Sequence record: PP496444.1
DNA: 64,000 nucleotides
Reading direction: 5' to 3' (one strand)
In this document: positions 44,613 through 54,700 of the stretch, piece after piece
Layout: every line of letters begins with the position of its first letter
How positions within the stretch are numbered: position 1 is the stretch's first letter
Notes under the pieces: generated by a model
What the model was told of the DNA's origin: nothing
Databases searched by the model: none
The model's input: the letters and a program-made list of their open reading frames with translations, nothing else
Made by a program: the position numbers and the translations under genes

Positions 44613-45692
44613 ATGAAGATTACAAATGTGCATTCCACCCTACTCAACCTCGGAGTTAGCCGACCACTGCTGGAGCAAGCAGTTCAGGTTACGTTGAGTG
44701 CGTTGATGCGATTGATCTCAGTTGACGCGTACTGCAAGAAGATGAAGAAGGACTTCGGTATCGTGATGAACACCCAAGTGTTCAACGACACCTTCGACAA
44801 CGGCTACTATCTGAAACACCTAAAGTTGTACCTGGCATGGTGCATCGGCAAGAACTTGACGGACAGCATCGACATCCGCCGTGCAGGTCGCCAATTTGAA
44901 CTCGATGCCAGAGACCGCCAGCTGGTCAAGCTGATGAAACCCGTGGACCGCAAGATGGTGCTGAGCAAGATCAACCCGGAAGTCGAACTGTACTCGTCAC
45001 CCAAGGTGATGGACATCAAGATCGGTGCGGCCATTGACTCGCTGACAGACCACATCGGCAAGTTCACCAACAAGAAGTTGACCTTCACCACGAAGGGCAC
45101 GGGTCGGGACAAGGATGACGTGCACAGCGATCTGCGCATCGCCGCGATACGTGCCGCCTACAAGACCTACCCGTTCCAGTTGTGTGACTTGCATCTGATC
45201 AACTCGATGAAGTCTGCCATCCACAACGTCGGCATCAATCTGATCCAGTCGGCCACGACCAAGAGTCGTCAAGTGATGGTCAAGGAAGACGATGACTTCA
45301 TCATGCTCCGTGAGAACTTCGACTTCTACGGCAGTCACAACGACGTGGCGTCGGTGGTCAGTAGTTGCGGGCTGGACGGGGGCGCCGCAGGAGCCGAAGG
45401 CGGGTGTTCCACGACCGACAGCATCACATATCACCAGCTGCTGTCCCAAGTCAAAGGCCGGGCCGCACAGTTCCTTGTCATGCTGGCCGGTCACTACTCC
45501 GAAAGGTTCTCGGCGTACTTGCGACAGATCGGCATCAACAAAGACAACGATGAGTGGTCGCAATCAGTTCTCACCGGTCGGCGCACTTCGATCCAGCGCT
45601 ACTGTGAGATCATTGCAGACTACTGTAAAGTCCCACACGACATCGCCAACAAACTGCTAGCAGGTTATCGCCAGCAGATGGCTGCAATGTAA
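44613..45692 (+). CDS. Putative divergent RNA polymerase sigma factor
   Basis: Region-2-like segment IGKFTNKKL...DKDDVHSDLRIAAIRAAYKTYP...MKSAIHNVGINLIQS..TKSR; helical C-terminus. Confidence 0.5.
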   Translation: MKITNVHSTLLNLGVSRPLLEQAVQVTLSALMRLISVDAYCKKMKKDFGIVMNTQVFNDTFDNGYYLKHLKLYLAWCIGKNLTDSIDIRRAGRQFELDARDRQLVKLMKPVDRKMVLSKINPEVELYSSPKVMDIKIGAAIDSLTDHIGKFTNKKLTFTTKGTGRDKDDVHSDLRIAAIRAAYKTYPFQLCDLHLINSMKSAIHNVGINLIQSATTKSRQVMVKEDDDFIMLRENFDFYGSHNDVASVVSSCGLDGGAAGAEGGCSTTDSITYHQLLSQVKGRAAQFLVMLAGHYSERFSAYLRQIGINKDNDEWSQSVLTGRRTSIQRYCEIIADYCKVPHDIANKLLAGYRQQMAAM

Positions 45693-45703
45693 GGAGAGCT
45701 GTC

Positions 45704-45919
45704 ATGCCCCGTATTCAACTGTACAAAGCACAGAGTGACTGGTTCAACGGTCTGAAGTTCGCTGAGCGTCTTTACATCAGCGATGGCTATACGCTGGATG
45801 AGGTTGAGTCCCGCCTTGTCTCAGAACGAGTTCGCATCCTGCGGAATGCAGAGTACCTACGGGGCGTTGACGACTATCTTGGATATGCCCGTGAGAAGCT
45901 CCGGGCTGTTCACCACTAA
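45704..45919 (+). CDS. Hypothetical protein
   Basis: 71 aa, AAGGAG RBS. Confidence 0.6.
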   Translation: MPRIQLYKAQSDWFNGLKFAERLYISDGYTLDEVESRLVSERVRILRNAEYLRGVDDYLGYAREKLRAVHH

Positions 45920-45935
45920 TCAAGAGGAAATGACC

Positions 45936-46073
45936 ATGCGTCGAGCACAGCGTACCTCGCAAGGCTTTAAGAACGGCTCCCACAATCGCAAGATGAAGGA
46001 TCACCGTAAACAACTCAACCAACCTCAGACCGACGTACCAAAGGTTTGGGAAGCACTGGCAGAACTGGCATGA
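45936..46073 (+). CDS. Small basic protein (45 aa)
   Basis: GAGGA RBS; ATGA overlap with the next gene. Confidence 0.5.
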   Translation: MRRAQRTSQGFKNGSHNRKMKDHRKQLNQPQTDVPKVWEALAELA

Positions 46074-46759
46074 ACGACTACACACTGATCGTAATCTCGG
46101 GCACTCACCGCACCGGCAAGACCACGCTGATGGAGGAGTTCATCAAGCAGAACCCGGAGTTCCAGATGCTACCGTTCACCGTGACCAACGTCTGGCATGA
46201 AGTGTTCGGTAACCGTCCGTATACCATGGATCTTCCCGCGGCAGATCGCGTGCTGTTCCAATACGGGCTGCTCAACGCATGGACTCTCTGTGTGATGGAC
46301 CACGTGGCTCAAGGCGGTAAGTGGATCATTGACCGAGGTCCACTCGACTTCGCCAGCTATATGCGTCTGACCCTGATCGACTGCATGAGCCACGAAGTCA
46401 ACCTGCAAGCTGAGCACTTCGTAACTAACTGCATTCAGGCCACGGCCAGCCTTATCAGCTACGAGATCTTGGTCAGTCCTGCGCTGCACCGTATCAATGG
46501 TGAGATGGTAGAAGATGACATCACGAAGCTCACTGGCAAGGTGGGGCTGATGAACCAGACGGTGTTCCACTCCATCCTGCGTGACGTGGCGCAAGACACC
46601 CTTCGGTCCAGCATCTGCAGTGGCTACTCCGTCGGTCAACTGATCAACCTGCAGGAACTGCCGTCCAACATCCTTGATCTGCAGGATCGGGTCAACTGGC
46701 TGCGGGAGGTGATTGATGCCAAGTCAAAAGGAAAGGCCCGCCTACAGCCAACCGGCTAA
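46070..46759 (+). CDS. P-loop nucleotide-kinase-like protein (thymidylate kinase/AAA_28 type)
   Basis: ISGTHRTGKTTL; IIDRGPLDF. Confidence 0.75.
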   Translation: MNDYTLIVISGTHRTGKTTLMEEFIKQNPEFQMLPFTVTNVWHEVFGNRPYTMDLPAADRVLFQYGLLNAWTLCVMDHVAQGGKWIIDRGPLDFASYMRLTLIDCMSHEVNLQAEHFVTNCIQATASLISYEILVSPALHRINGEMVEDDITKLTGKVGLMNQTVFHSILRDVAQDTLRSSICSGYSVGQLINLQELPSNILDLQDRVNWLREVIDAKSKGKARLQPTG

Positions 46760-48329
46760 GGCTTTCTCCGTCGGCTTCCGGCTACTGGGACGCCCATGGT
46801 GGGAACCTGTCAACGCCAAGCATCGGTTCGCCACGGTCAATCTGCCGAACGCCGCGCTGACGCTGTACATGACAGACACCATGGGTGGCACCCAACTGAG
46901 CGTGACCACTCGTCTGAGTCGCCGCACTTCCAAACTAGAGAAGAAGCCCAAAGCTGCGTATATCAATCTGGGCCACTTCCTCGACTACCAACATGCCAGC
47001 AAGGCAGCGCTCGGGAAGCTCAAACAGTTTCTCGACAATCACCCGGAGCACTGTGTCATGCCTGAAGTCAACACCGCAGCAAAGCTGAACATCACACTGG
47101 ATCAGATGAAGTCGGTACTCGACGCTGCCGGGGTGAAAGAGCATACCGCTGATACTCTGTGCCGAGTGTTCCTGCCGGTCCCGATCAAAGGTGACCCGGA
47201 CGATGGGAAGTCCAAACTCTCCATCGCGCTGGCTAAGCTGACCGACGACATCGATGCGATCTACGCGATGTTCGACGCCACCTTTCCTATTCATTTCACC
47301 GCCATGGACTTCTTTCAGGCGGACGTGGCCTTCCAGAAGTTGATGCGACTGATCAACTTGAAAGCCAGCGATCTCGAATCGGGCGGCGAAGAGATAAGCA
47401 AGTCAATCGAAAGGCTTGTCGTCAGCATGTGGCGATTCAAGATTGACCCTGCACCCCATTTGCTGGCGCTGGGCATGGACCCCGACCAATCCACGGTGCT
47501 TGCCACCGGGAAGAAGTTGGAGGACGTGTACCAAGGTGATCCTGATTTCCTAAAGATGGATGACCAGCAAGAGCCTAGCCGGTCGGAGTCCTTTGCCCGG
47601 TACATGCGGGAGAGCATGAAGGAGAATGGCCGGATCAAGTGGGGTTCAACTGACCTTAAACGCTACCTTAAAGGTTTGGGGTTACATATCCGTATGATCT
47701 TTAGCGACCCTGACAAGACCCCCTACGTAAAACGATCCGTGTTCGTATGTGATCTTACCCAAGTAAGTATCCCAGAATTGGTAGAGGCTGGCGTCCTGTA
47801 CCCATCTGATGGCGCTCCGGTCTCCGCGTACCGAGCATTCAACAGTGAGACGTGGAAATATCAGGGCCGAGGGAGTTCATACCTAGTAATCCAGAAAGAC
47901 ACATGGGACTTCCTCACTGCAAAGGGTCTACAGGCGCTGGGCATCGATCCCTCAGACATTCCATCCATGGGTGCTCCAACAAAAGAAGAGGGCAAAGCTG
48001 CCCACGTACTGGATGGGTATGTAACTCCAGAGAATGGAGAGTGGCCGGAAGCAGTTACCGAATACCTGATCGGCTTGGGGTTTGAAAAGAAGGGGTATGC
48101 ACACGCCGGAACTGAATGCTATGTTATGCGTCAGCCATCCGGGATGAGCAAGAACGAGTTCATCCGCAATCTGGTTGATTCCAACGTAATCCAGGTTACC
48201 GGTTCGGGGAACTATGCCAAGATACGTGCATTCACCGACGGTTTCAAATCTAAGGTGTATAAATCAGACTTCGATGAGTACCTGATCCTGTACGTGGACA
48301 ACTGGCAGACGTCCTCCACGGCGAGCTGA
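46716..48329 (+). CDS. Large hypothetical protein
   Basis: 537 aa from ATG 46716 (GGAGG RBS); no recognisable motif. Confidence 0.7.
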   Translation: MPSQKERPAYSQPAKAFSVGFRLLGRPWWEPVNAKHRFATVNLPNAALTLYMTDTMGGTQLSVTTRLSRRTSKLEKKPKAAYINLGHFLDYQHASKAALGKLKQFLDNHPEHCVMPEVNTAAKLNITLDQMKSVLDAAGVKEHTADTLCRVFLPVPIKGDPDDGKSKLSIALAKLTDDIDAIYAMFDATFPIHFTAMDFFQADVAFQKLMRLINLKASDLESGGEEISKSIERLVVSMWRFKIDPAPHLLALGMDPDQSTVLATGKKLEDVYQGDPDFLKMDDQQEPSRSESFARYMRESMKENGRIKWGSTDLKRYLKGLGLHIRMIFSDPDKTPYVKRSVFVCDLTQVSIPELVEAGVLYPSDGAPVSAYRAFNSETWKYQGRGSSYLVIQKDTWDFLTAKGLQALGIDPSDIPSMGAPTKEEGKAAHVLDGYVTPENGEWPEAVTEYLIGLGFEKKGYAHAGTECYVMRQPSGMSKNEFIRNLVDSNVIQVTGSGNYAKIRAFTDGFKSKVYKSDFDEYLILYVDNWQTSSTAS

Positions 48330-48388
48330 CCGAGTAACCAGAGCCCTGTGCCAGTATGGACGGGGCTTTTCACATCTGAAAATAAAAG

Positions 48389-48418
48389 TTGCACGCCGTA
48401 CTGCCCATGTGCTATACT
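48389..48418 (+). promoter_or_regulatory. Sigma70-type promoter with UP element and extended -10
   Basis: GAAAATAAAAG, TTGCAC, 18 nt ending TGC, TATACT. Confidence 0.65.
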
Positions 48419-48464
48419 GGAATCACGGGAACTCCCCGCCACTATCCCACTGAGGAAACACGCC

Positions 48465-48725
48465 ATGACTACCCTCCAGATGACCGACACTCGCCCCGTC
48501 CAGTACAAGATCGCCGTGATCGCATTTATCCTGTGCACTGCGGTCGGTGTCATTCTCGGGATGCACCATTTCTTCTGGCTGCTGACCATGTGGTTCACGC
48601 CGCCAGGTATCGTTGACTACTCGTCGCCGTTCGTCTTCGGGTATGCCAGCGTCACGGTTCCTGTGATGATCGTTGCCGCCATGCTCGCCACCTTCCTGTG
48701 GCAGCTGATCGACGTGGAGGCTTAA
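48465..48725 (+). CDS. Small two-TM membrane protein
   Basis: Start ATG 48465 (GAGGA RBS); two hydrophobic stretches. Confidence 0.65.
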   Translation: MTTLQMTDTRPVQYKIAVIAFILCTAVGVILGMHHFFWLLTMWFTPPGIVDYSSPFVFGYASVTVPVMIVAAMLATFLWQLIDVEA

Positions 48726-48727
48726 TC

Positions 48728-49072
48728 ATGGGCCATCGCAGCAAGTTCCCATCGCTGGACAAGCAGGCACGTGAACTGGAAGCCATGCGCAAGTATCTGG
48801 GCTTGGGTACATCGGTCGTCACGCCGTTGGTCGAACAGAATCTGGTTCCGGTCACATCGGTCAAGCGGGCAGGCTGGAACGTGAGCATGTGGATCATGCC
48901 GAAAGATGGATACATCCCGGAGTATCTGGAAGTGTTCATCACCCTCATGGACAGACAGCTGGCATGGGACTCGGCGGTCCAGTCGATACCCAAGACACAC
49001 AAGCTGCACTTCGTCGTTGACTGCATCTACGTTTACGAAGTCAAGGAATGGCACCCGGAGTCATCGCGATGA
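48728..49072 (+). CDS. Hypothetical protein
   Basis: Start ATG 48728 (GGAGG RBS). Confidence 0.6.
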   Translation: MGHRSKFPSLDKQARELEAMRKYLGLGTSVVTPLVEQNLVPVTSVKRAGWNVSMWIMPKDGYIPEYLEVFITLMDRQLAWDSAVQSIPKTHKLHFVVDCIYVYEVKEWHPESSR

Positions 49073-49323
49073 ACGCTAAAGAAAGAGCAGCACCGAAGTT
49101 CGTGATCAAGAAAGATGGCAAGTATCACGCTGGTTCTTCCTACGCTACGGGGTACGGGTACAGCAACAGCTGGAGCAAGACGATAGAGGGTGCACGAATC
49201 TTCGTACCCGCCAATTTCCGCATTAACAGTGACGCCGGTGCGCTTGAGAACACAGCTGCCCGGCTCAAAGGTAAGATCATCCAAGTGATCCTGACACCAG
49301 CTAACCGATACATCGAGGTGTGA
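49069..49323 (+). CDS. Hypothetical protein
   Basis: ATGA overlap with the upstream gene. Confidence 0.6.
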   Translation: MNAKERAAPKFVIKKDGKYHAGSSYATGYGYSNSWSKTIEGARIFVPANFRINSDAGALENTAARLKGKIIQVILTPANRYIEV

Positions 49324-49324
49324 C

Positions 49325-49759
49325 ATGCAACTGACCCAACAGAAGGTAGCCAATCAGCAACTTACAGACCGTGAGCGGGAATACTGCGTCAACCGGCTCA
49401 AGGGATACCGCAACGAGATCAAAACGCTGCGGGTGTGGGAACGCAGCGACAAGATGAAGCGCCCAACCCGTGCCGCATCTCTTCGGGCACAACGTGCCAA
49501 AGACATTCAGCGTGCCATCTTCTACCGGGGCATCCTGCGCGGCACCGTCACACCGCCACGTGCCAATCTCGGTCAGAACCGCTTCATCGTTCCGGCCATC
49601 CCGGAAGGTTACACCATCAAGTGCACCCGCACTGGAGAGTGGAGTTGGGAATCCATCTTGGCTCCTGAGTCACACAGCAAGTCCGGCTTCGACATCTACT
49701 CGGAAGCGCTTAAAGATTGCGTCCGGGCACAGGGTGAAGAATACTCCGTCGCCTACTGA
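49325..49759 (+). CDS. Hypothetical protein
   Basis: 144 aa, GAGGTG RBS. Confidence 0.65.
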   Translation: MQLTQQKVANQQLTDREREYCVNRLKGYRNEIKTLRVWERSDKMKRPTRAASLRAQRAKDIQRAIFYRGILRGTVTPPRANLGQNRFIVPAIPEGYTIKCTRTGEWSWESILAPESHSKSGFDIYSEALKDCVRAQGEEYSVAY

Positions 49760-49766
49760 GATACAC

Positions 49767-49799
49767 AAAGCCCATGCGGTTTCGGCCCATGGGCTTTTT
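49767..49799 (+). terminator. Intrinsic terminator
   Basis: AAAGCCCATG, 11 nt, CATGGGCTTTTT. Confidence 0.8.
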
Positions 49800-49840
49800 C
49801 CTCTTTGTAAATAACCGTACAACCCAACGAGGTAACTGCT

Positions 49841-50317
49841 ATGAACTCTCTAACCGAACTGCTGACTGCATCTCCGTGGTATCTCATGGTCCCCGCATGG
49901 GTGGTCGTTCTGGCCATTGGCTGGGTCGTCATGTGGATCATCTGGAACGTGGTGCTTCGCTTCCTCAAGTGCTATGCCAGGGGATTCAGCTTGGGGCTGA
50001 TGAAGGCCTATATAGCCGTAAGGTCGGGTGCGCCGATCCAGTACGTCCTGTATTACGTCTTCATTGAAACCATCTTCGTCGGCCCGTTCCATTTTGTCCG
50101 TGAGGAAATGTTCTCTGGTGTTCATTACTCCAGCATGACTCTGTCCTACGGCGGTACATGGTCCGGTATCTTCCAGTGGTACATCAGAAAAGGTATGACC
50201 CGCAACAGCTGGAACGAATGGGAGGCAGAGCGAGTGGCGAACAAAGCCAAACAAGCAGAGATGAATCGCCGCAACCGCGAAGAATATCTGCGTGATCCTG
50301 ACAACTACGACTTGTGA
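49841..50317 (+). CDS. Membrane protein
   Basis: Hydrophobic N-terminal helices, GAGG RBS. Confidence 0.65.
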   Translation: MNSLTELLTASPWYLMVPAWVVVLAIGWVVMWIIWNVVLRFLKCYARGFSLGLMKAYIAVRSGAPIQYVLYYVFIETIFVGPFHFVREEMFSGVHYSSMTLSYGGTWSGIFQWYIRKGMTRNSWNEWEAERVANKAKQAEMNRRNREEYLRDPDNYDL

Positions 50318-50326
50318 GACCGCCCC

Positions 50327-50677
50327 ATGAATATCTCCTACCGCACTATCAGCTTCTCAACCCGCTTCCCCGACAGCGGCGGGCCAATCAAGTTCTACTT
50401 CCTTGTGGTTGGCAAGGTCACCCGCGCTGACTTCACTGTAAGGTTCACCTACGAGTGCAAGCGCAACCGTGTGCGCCCAACTCTGAAGTTCCATAACAGT
50501 GTGTTCCTCGGACTGGACGAGCAGGGATTACCTACGGGAGCCGAGCTAGATCCCGCTGAGGAACTGAGACTCCAGAACATGTTCACGGAGCTGGCGCGTG
50601 AGATCAAGCTGCAAGTCACCCAGCGACTCAAGCAAGAGCTGCTGGAACACGTCAACGCTATCGAGATCCCTGAGTGA
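50327..50677 (+). CDS. Hypothetical protein
   Basis: 116-aa ORF. Confidence 0.6.
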   Translation: MNISYRTISFSTRFPDSGGPIKFYFLVVGKVTRADFTVRFTYECKRNRVRPTLKFHNSVFLGLDEQGLPTGAELDPAEELRLQNMFTELAREIKLQVTQRLKQELLEHVNAIEIPE

Positions 50678-51351
50678 ATATATTCTTCGTCCACGCTGAT
50701 CCTGTTATTGCCGCAAGCATGCTCTGCGACCAGCATGTGACCAAGATGATCACCGAGTCTATCCAGATGCTATGCACGGCGCACCACCACTTCGGCAACC
50801 ACGAGGTACCGTACGAGCCGATGAATCCGAACCATCGGTGCAACATCTGGGTCCGGGAGTCCACTGAGAACTATCGGTGGCTATGGCGGCATGCCCATGC
50901 GCTGGCACTGGTGGCGGCGGGGCGCTATGGGGCTGTACGCTCGCAGGCGGTGACTTTGCTGTCCCGGCTCATCGATGCCCCGGCTGGCGTCGAACGTGGC
51001 GCCTTGACGCTCCCAGCGGCTGCTATCAGTGAGCCGCCCGGTTCCCCAATCCCACCGGAGTACTTTCAAGCATGGCGGGAGAGTGTGGTATGCTTCGAGT
51101 CTGCTGTCCGTGCTTATCGCCAATTCTATGTTCAACAGAAGTCGGTGTTCGCTCGCTGGTCTGGTTCGGCACCCGCATGGTACATCCAAGGTCTGAGGCA
51201 GTACAGACTGACGCATCGACTTCGTGAACGAGACCCTGAAAGACCGTGGCCCCGAGGAATGACCAAACCGGACACCTCCGTGCAGTTCAGGTCTCACCCT
51301 ACCCTAAGTGATTGGAGGCACTTCCCTAACCAACAAGAGGACCTTGTATGA
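50674..51351 (+). CDS. Pyrimidine-dimer DNA glycosylase (DenV/endonuclease V-like) family protein
   Basis: MNIF......A..LCDQHV.KM..E..QMLCTAH...NHRC.IWVRES..NY.WL. Confidence 0.75.
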   Translation: MNIFFVHADPVIAASMLCDQHVTKMITESIQMLCTAHHHFGNHEVPYEPMNPNHRCNIWVRESTENYRWLWRHAHALALVAAGRYGAVRSQAVTLLSRLIDAPAGVERGALTLPAAAISEPPGSPIPPEYFQAWRESVVCFESAVRAYRQFYVQQKSVFARWSGSAPAWYIQGLRQYRLTHRLRERDPERPWPRGMTKPDTSVQFRSHPTLSDWRHFPNQQEDLV

Positions 51352-51623
51352 CTACCCCGTTGACTGACGCTGAACTCCAGATGCTGGTTACTGCTGCACG
51401 TGACCAGATGGCTGACGTGATCACCAGACATTTGCGCACCGTACTGATGCCCCAGCATACCGGAACTGAGAAGGAGCAAGCCCGCATCGTGGCAGATGAC
51501 TGTGGTATCGATCTGATCCACATCGTGTTCCTGCTGGGTGGAGACTCGGCCAAGCTGTCCACGCACAAGCTGCTTGAGATAGCGATACGCATGCGACTGC
51601 GCCCCGTGTTCACCCTCACCTGA
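51348..51623 (+). CDS. Hypothetical protein
   Basis: 91 aa, ATGA overlap. Confidence 0.6.
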   Translation: MTTPLTDAELQMLVTAARDQMADVITRHLRTVLMPQHTGTEKEQARIVADDCGIDLIHIVFLLGGDSAKLSTHKLLEIAIRMRLRPVFTLT

Positions 51624-51639
51624 TACACAGCGTCACAAC

Positions 51640-51674
51640 AACCCCGCCCGGCCCTACGCTGCGCGGGGTTTTTT
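51640..51674 (+). terminator. Intrinsic terminator, large loop
   Basis: AACCCCGC, 15 nt, GCGGGGTTTTTT. Confidence 0.8.
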
Positions 51675-51747
51675 CGTCTTCGTCATACGCTTTCACTCTG
51701 GTAAATAGCACGCATGAAAGTCCCCGTTTTTGAAGAGGGTAACCTGT

Positions 51748-54700
51748 GTGTTAATATCCAAAGCATCATTAGAGAAGTTTGACTTCGGGAATCTGTTTGA
51801 TGAACACGTCAACAATGTCGGCAAGCCGTACAAGGTACAGTCAGTAAGATCCACCGATTGGTTCCAGTCCGATGAACGTCTGCTGGTGATCATGGGTCGG
51901 CCCAACTACCGCGATGCCAAAGACGAAGTGCGCTGCATGATGGGCGCAGACGAAACCCGCATGGTGTTCGACAACCTGATGGACTTGGCTGCGTCCAACG
52001 CGACGGCCTATGCGAAGAAGGCGGGCATCAAGCTCCGGTCTCGCAACAAGCACGCCATCATGGTCACCAACTTCCAGATCGCTGACCTGAGTTCGGCATC
52101 GGAGGAAACAGAGTCCATCGCCAACCACGCAGCGGCAAACCGCGTCTCCATGCTGATCCACGTGACCAAACCTACCAAGGTGTTGATCGTGGGGCTGTAT
52201 GCGGAGTCCTACCTGATGGAGCGCTCGGGCATTGAGTACCCGGCCAAGAAGCGCGGCAACCCACATCAGGTTGAGTTCAAGGTTGAGTTCAAGCCCAACG
52301 CGAAAGAACTCCAGCGCATGCAGTCGCTGGCGAAGATGCGTTCCAAGAAACTGATTCGGGAACTGGAGAGTAATGAGTACCATCCGTGGGTCAACTTCTT
52401 CCTTGAGGAAGTGGCGCATGAAGGTGCCAAGCTGTCTGACTTCGCGCAGAATAACGGAACCTATTCGCTGACCAACACCGTGCAGACGTTCAGCACCATC
52501 GACTATGACCGGGCATTCACCAGCGGTTCCGGCGAGAGCGACCTCGATGACGACGCGGTAGTGGAAGCCAACCTGCTCGGGTACGTGAGCCGGACTATCG
52601 CCAACTGCCTGCTGGGCTGCAACCCATTCAGCCTGCGTAGCCTGTTCAGCGAGAAGCAACCCTCCGGTCCGAAGGGAAAGCCTACGATCCAGTGCCACTA
52701 CGTCGATACGCTGAAGAAGTTCGACGCGATGTGGGACAAGGTGATGGACGCGGATCTGGTGTCCCTCGACGTGGAGACGACCGGCTTCTATCCGCACACG
52801 AACCGGCTGCTGTCGTTGCAGGTAGCCACGCGCAAGGAGGAAGGTTTCTTCGTTCCGCTCTATCACAAGGACACGCCGTTCACCAAGAAGGAACTGGAGC
52901 ATATCCGTCTGCGCGTCAAAGCGCTGCTGGAACTCAAGGTTACCTATCACAAGAATCAGCGTCGCAAGCGCATGATGCTCGGCCAGAACTTCGGCTTCGA
53001 CAAGAAGTGGCTGATGCACTGGTGTGACGTGCGATATCTGTACTGGCCGGTGTGGGATACCATCGCTGGCGAGTTCTGCCTTGACGACAACCTCAAGGGT
53101 CTGGTGGGTAAGGCACTCGGCTACAAGTACACCCCGTTCTCGTTGGACTCCATTGTGGCGTCGTATGAGAACTATCACTATCTGGAATCGGAGTTCGGCA
53201 AGGAAGATCGAACCACCATTGAACATGCCAAGTTCGGTCCAGGTGAGCCCGTGGTCACCTATGGTTGCATGGACGTCGTCTTCCCCATCGCCGCCATGGA
53301 ACAGCAACTGAACCGGGCAGAGTGCGAACACTGGGTGACGGGCAACTACCGGGAGACCATGTTCAACTTCATGTTGGCCCAGATGTCCAATATGATCAAG
53401 GTGCAGTCGGGGATGTCGCACCGAGGCATCATGATGGACCAAGGCTACATGGAGTTCCAGCTGAGCGAAGAAGGTGTGTTCGCCAAGGACGTGGAACGCC
53501 TGACCCGCGAGCTGTATTCCTCCAAGGCTGTGAAGAAGGCATCCGAGCTGATCCGGGGTAAGAAGGGTATCCCCCAAGGTTCCTTGTTCGGCAACAGCGG
53601 AGCAACTGGAGACGCAGCCGGGTTCAACCATGCCAAGCAGGAACACTTGGAGATCTTGTTCTTCGACGTGCTCAAGCTGGCGCCGATCAACGTCAAGAAG
53701 GAAACGGACAAGCGCTCGCTGGACGATGACTTCAAGAAGGCGTACAAAGCTGTCCCAGAGGTTGCATGCTGGGCACAGATGGGTAAGATGCAGCGACTGA
53801 TGGATACGTTCATCAAAGCCATCTACAACCACATGAATAACGATCCAGACTACTCGGTGCACAACAGGCTCCACCCCGGCTATGGGTTCAAGGAGGTTGT
53901 GACGGGTCGATCCAACAGTAGCAGGCCATCACTCCAGCAGATCCCGGTGCACAGTGCTGAGGCGAAGTATGTCAAGCGACAGTTCGTGGCTCCGATGTGG
54001 ACCTTGTTCGACGACGCTGACTATAGCTCTCACGAAGTGCGCTGCGCAGGCATCACGGCGTTCGACGAAGCCTCCTGCTCGGGCTTCCGTAAGATTCACA
54101 ACATCGTACTGGATCACAGGCTGTATCCGTCGAAGGACAACAAGATCGTCCTGCTCACGGCGGGTGACAGCCACAAGCAGAACTACTCCCGCTTCACTGG
54201 TCTGGACATCAAGGAGTGGATCACCTTCGACTTGACCGAGGAAGGGAAGAAGAAGGCAAAGGCACTGCGACAAATCGCCAAGACCATCGTGTTCGGTGCG
54301 ATCTATGGTAAGTCAGCACCGTCGCTGGCGGCAGAGCTGGGTATCAGTGTCGAGGAAGCCGAAGAACTGCTGTTCAACTTCTTCAAGGAGTTCGCAGACC
54401 TCAAGGACTGGCTGGAGTGGACCAAAGACTATTCCAACAAGCACTTGTACACCTTCGGCCCCCATGGTCGCAAGCGTCGTCTGTTCGGCTACATCACCGG
54501 CATCAAGCGCACCCAGTCTGCGATGGAGCGTCGCGCGCAGAACTCGCCAATTCAAGGCTTCGCATCGGACGTTATGTTCGACGCCGCCGAGATGTATGCG
54601 CAGAAGCAGCATGAGATGTACTCGCTGATCGAAGCCAACCGTAGCCTGCGCAAGCTGCTGAGCAAGGAACTGGAGATCGTCAATCAGTTCCCTACCGGCG

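Noticed and set aside
51714-51782. Short ATG ORF (MKVPVFEEG...) overlapping the polA start, suggesting a programmed frameshift
   Set aside because: An in-frame GTG at 51748 with a GAGGG RBS explains the polA start without a frameshift
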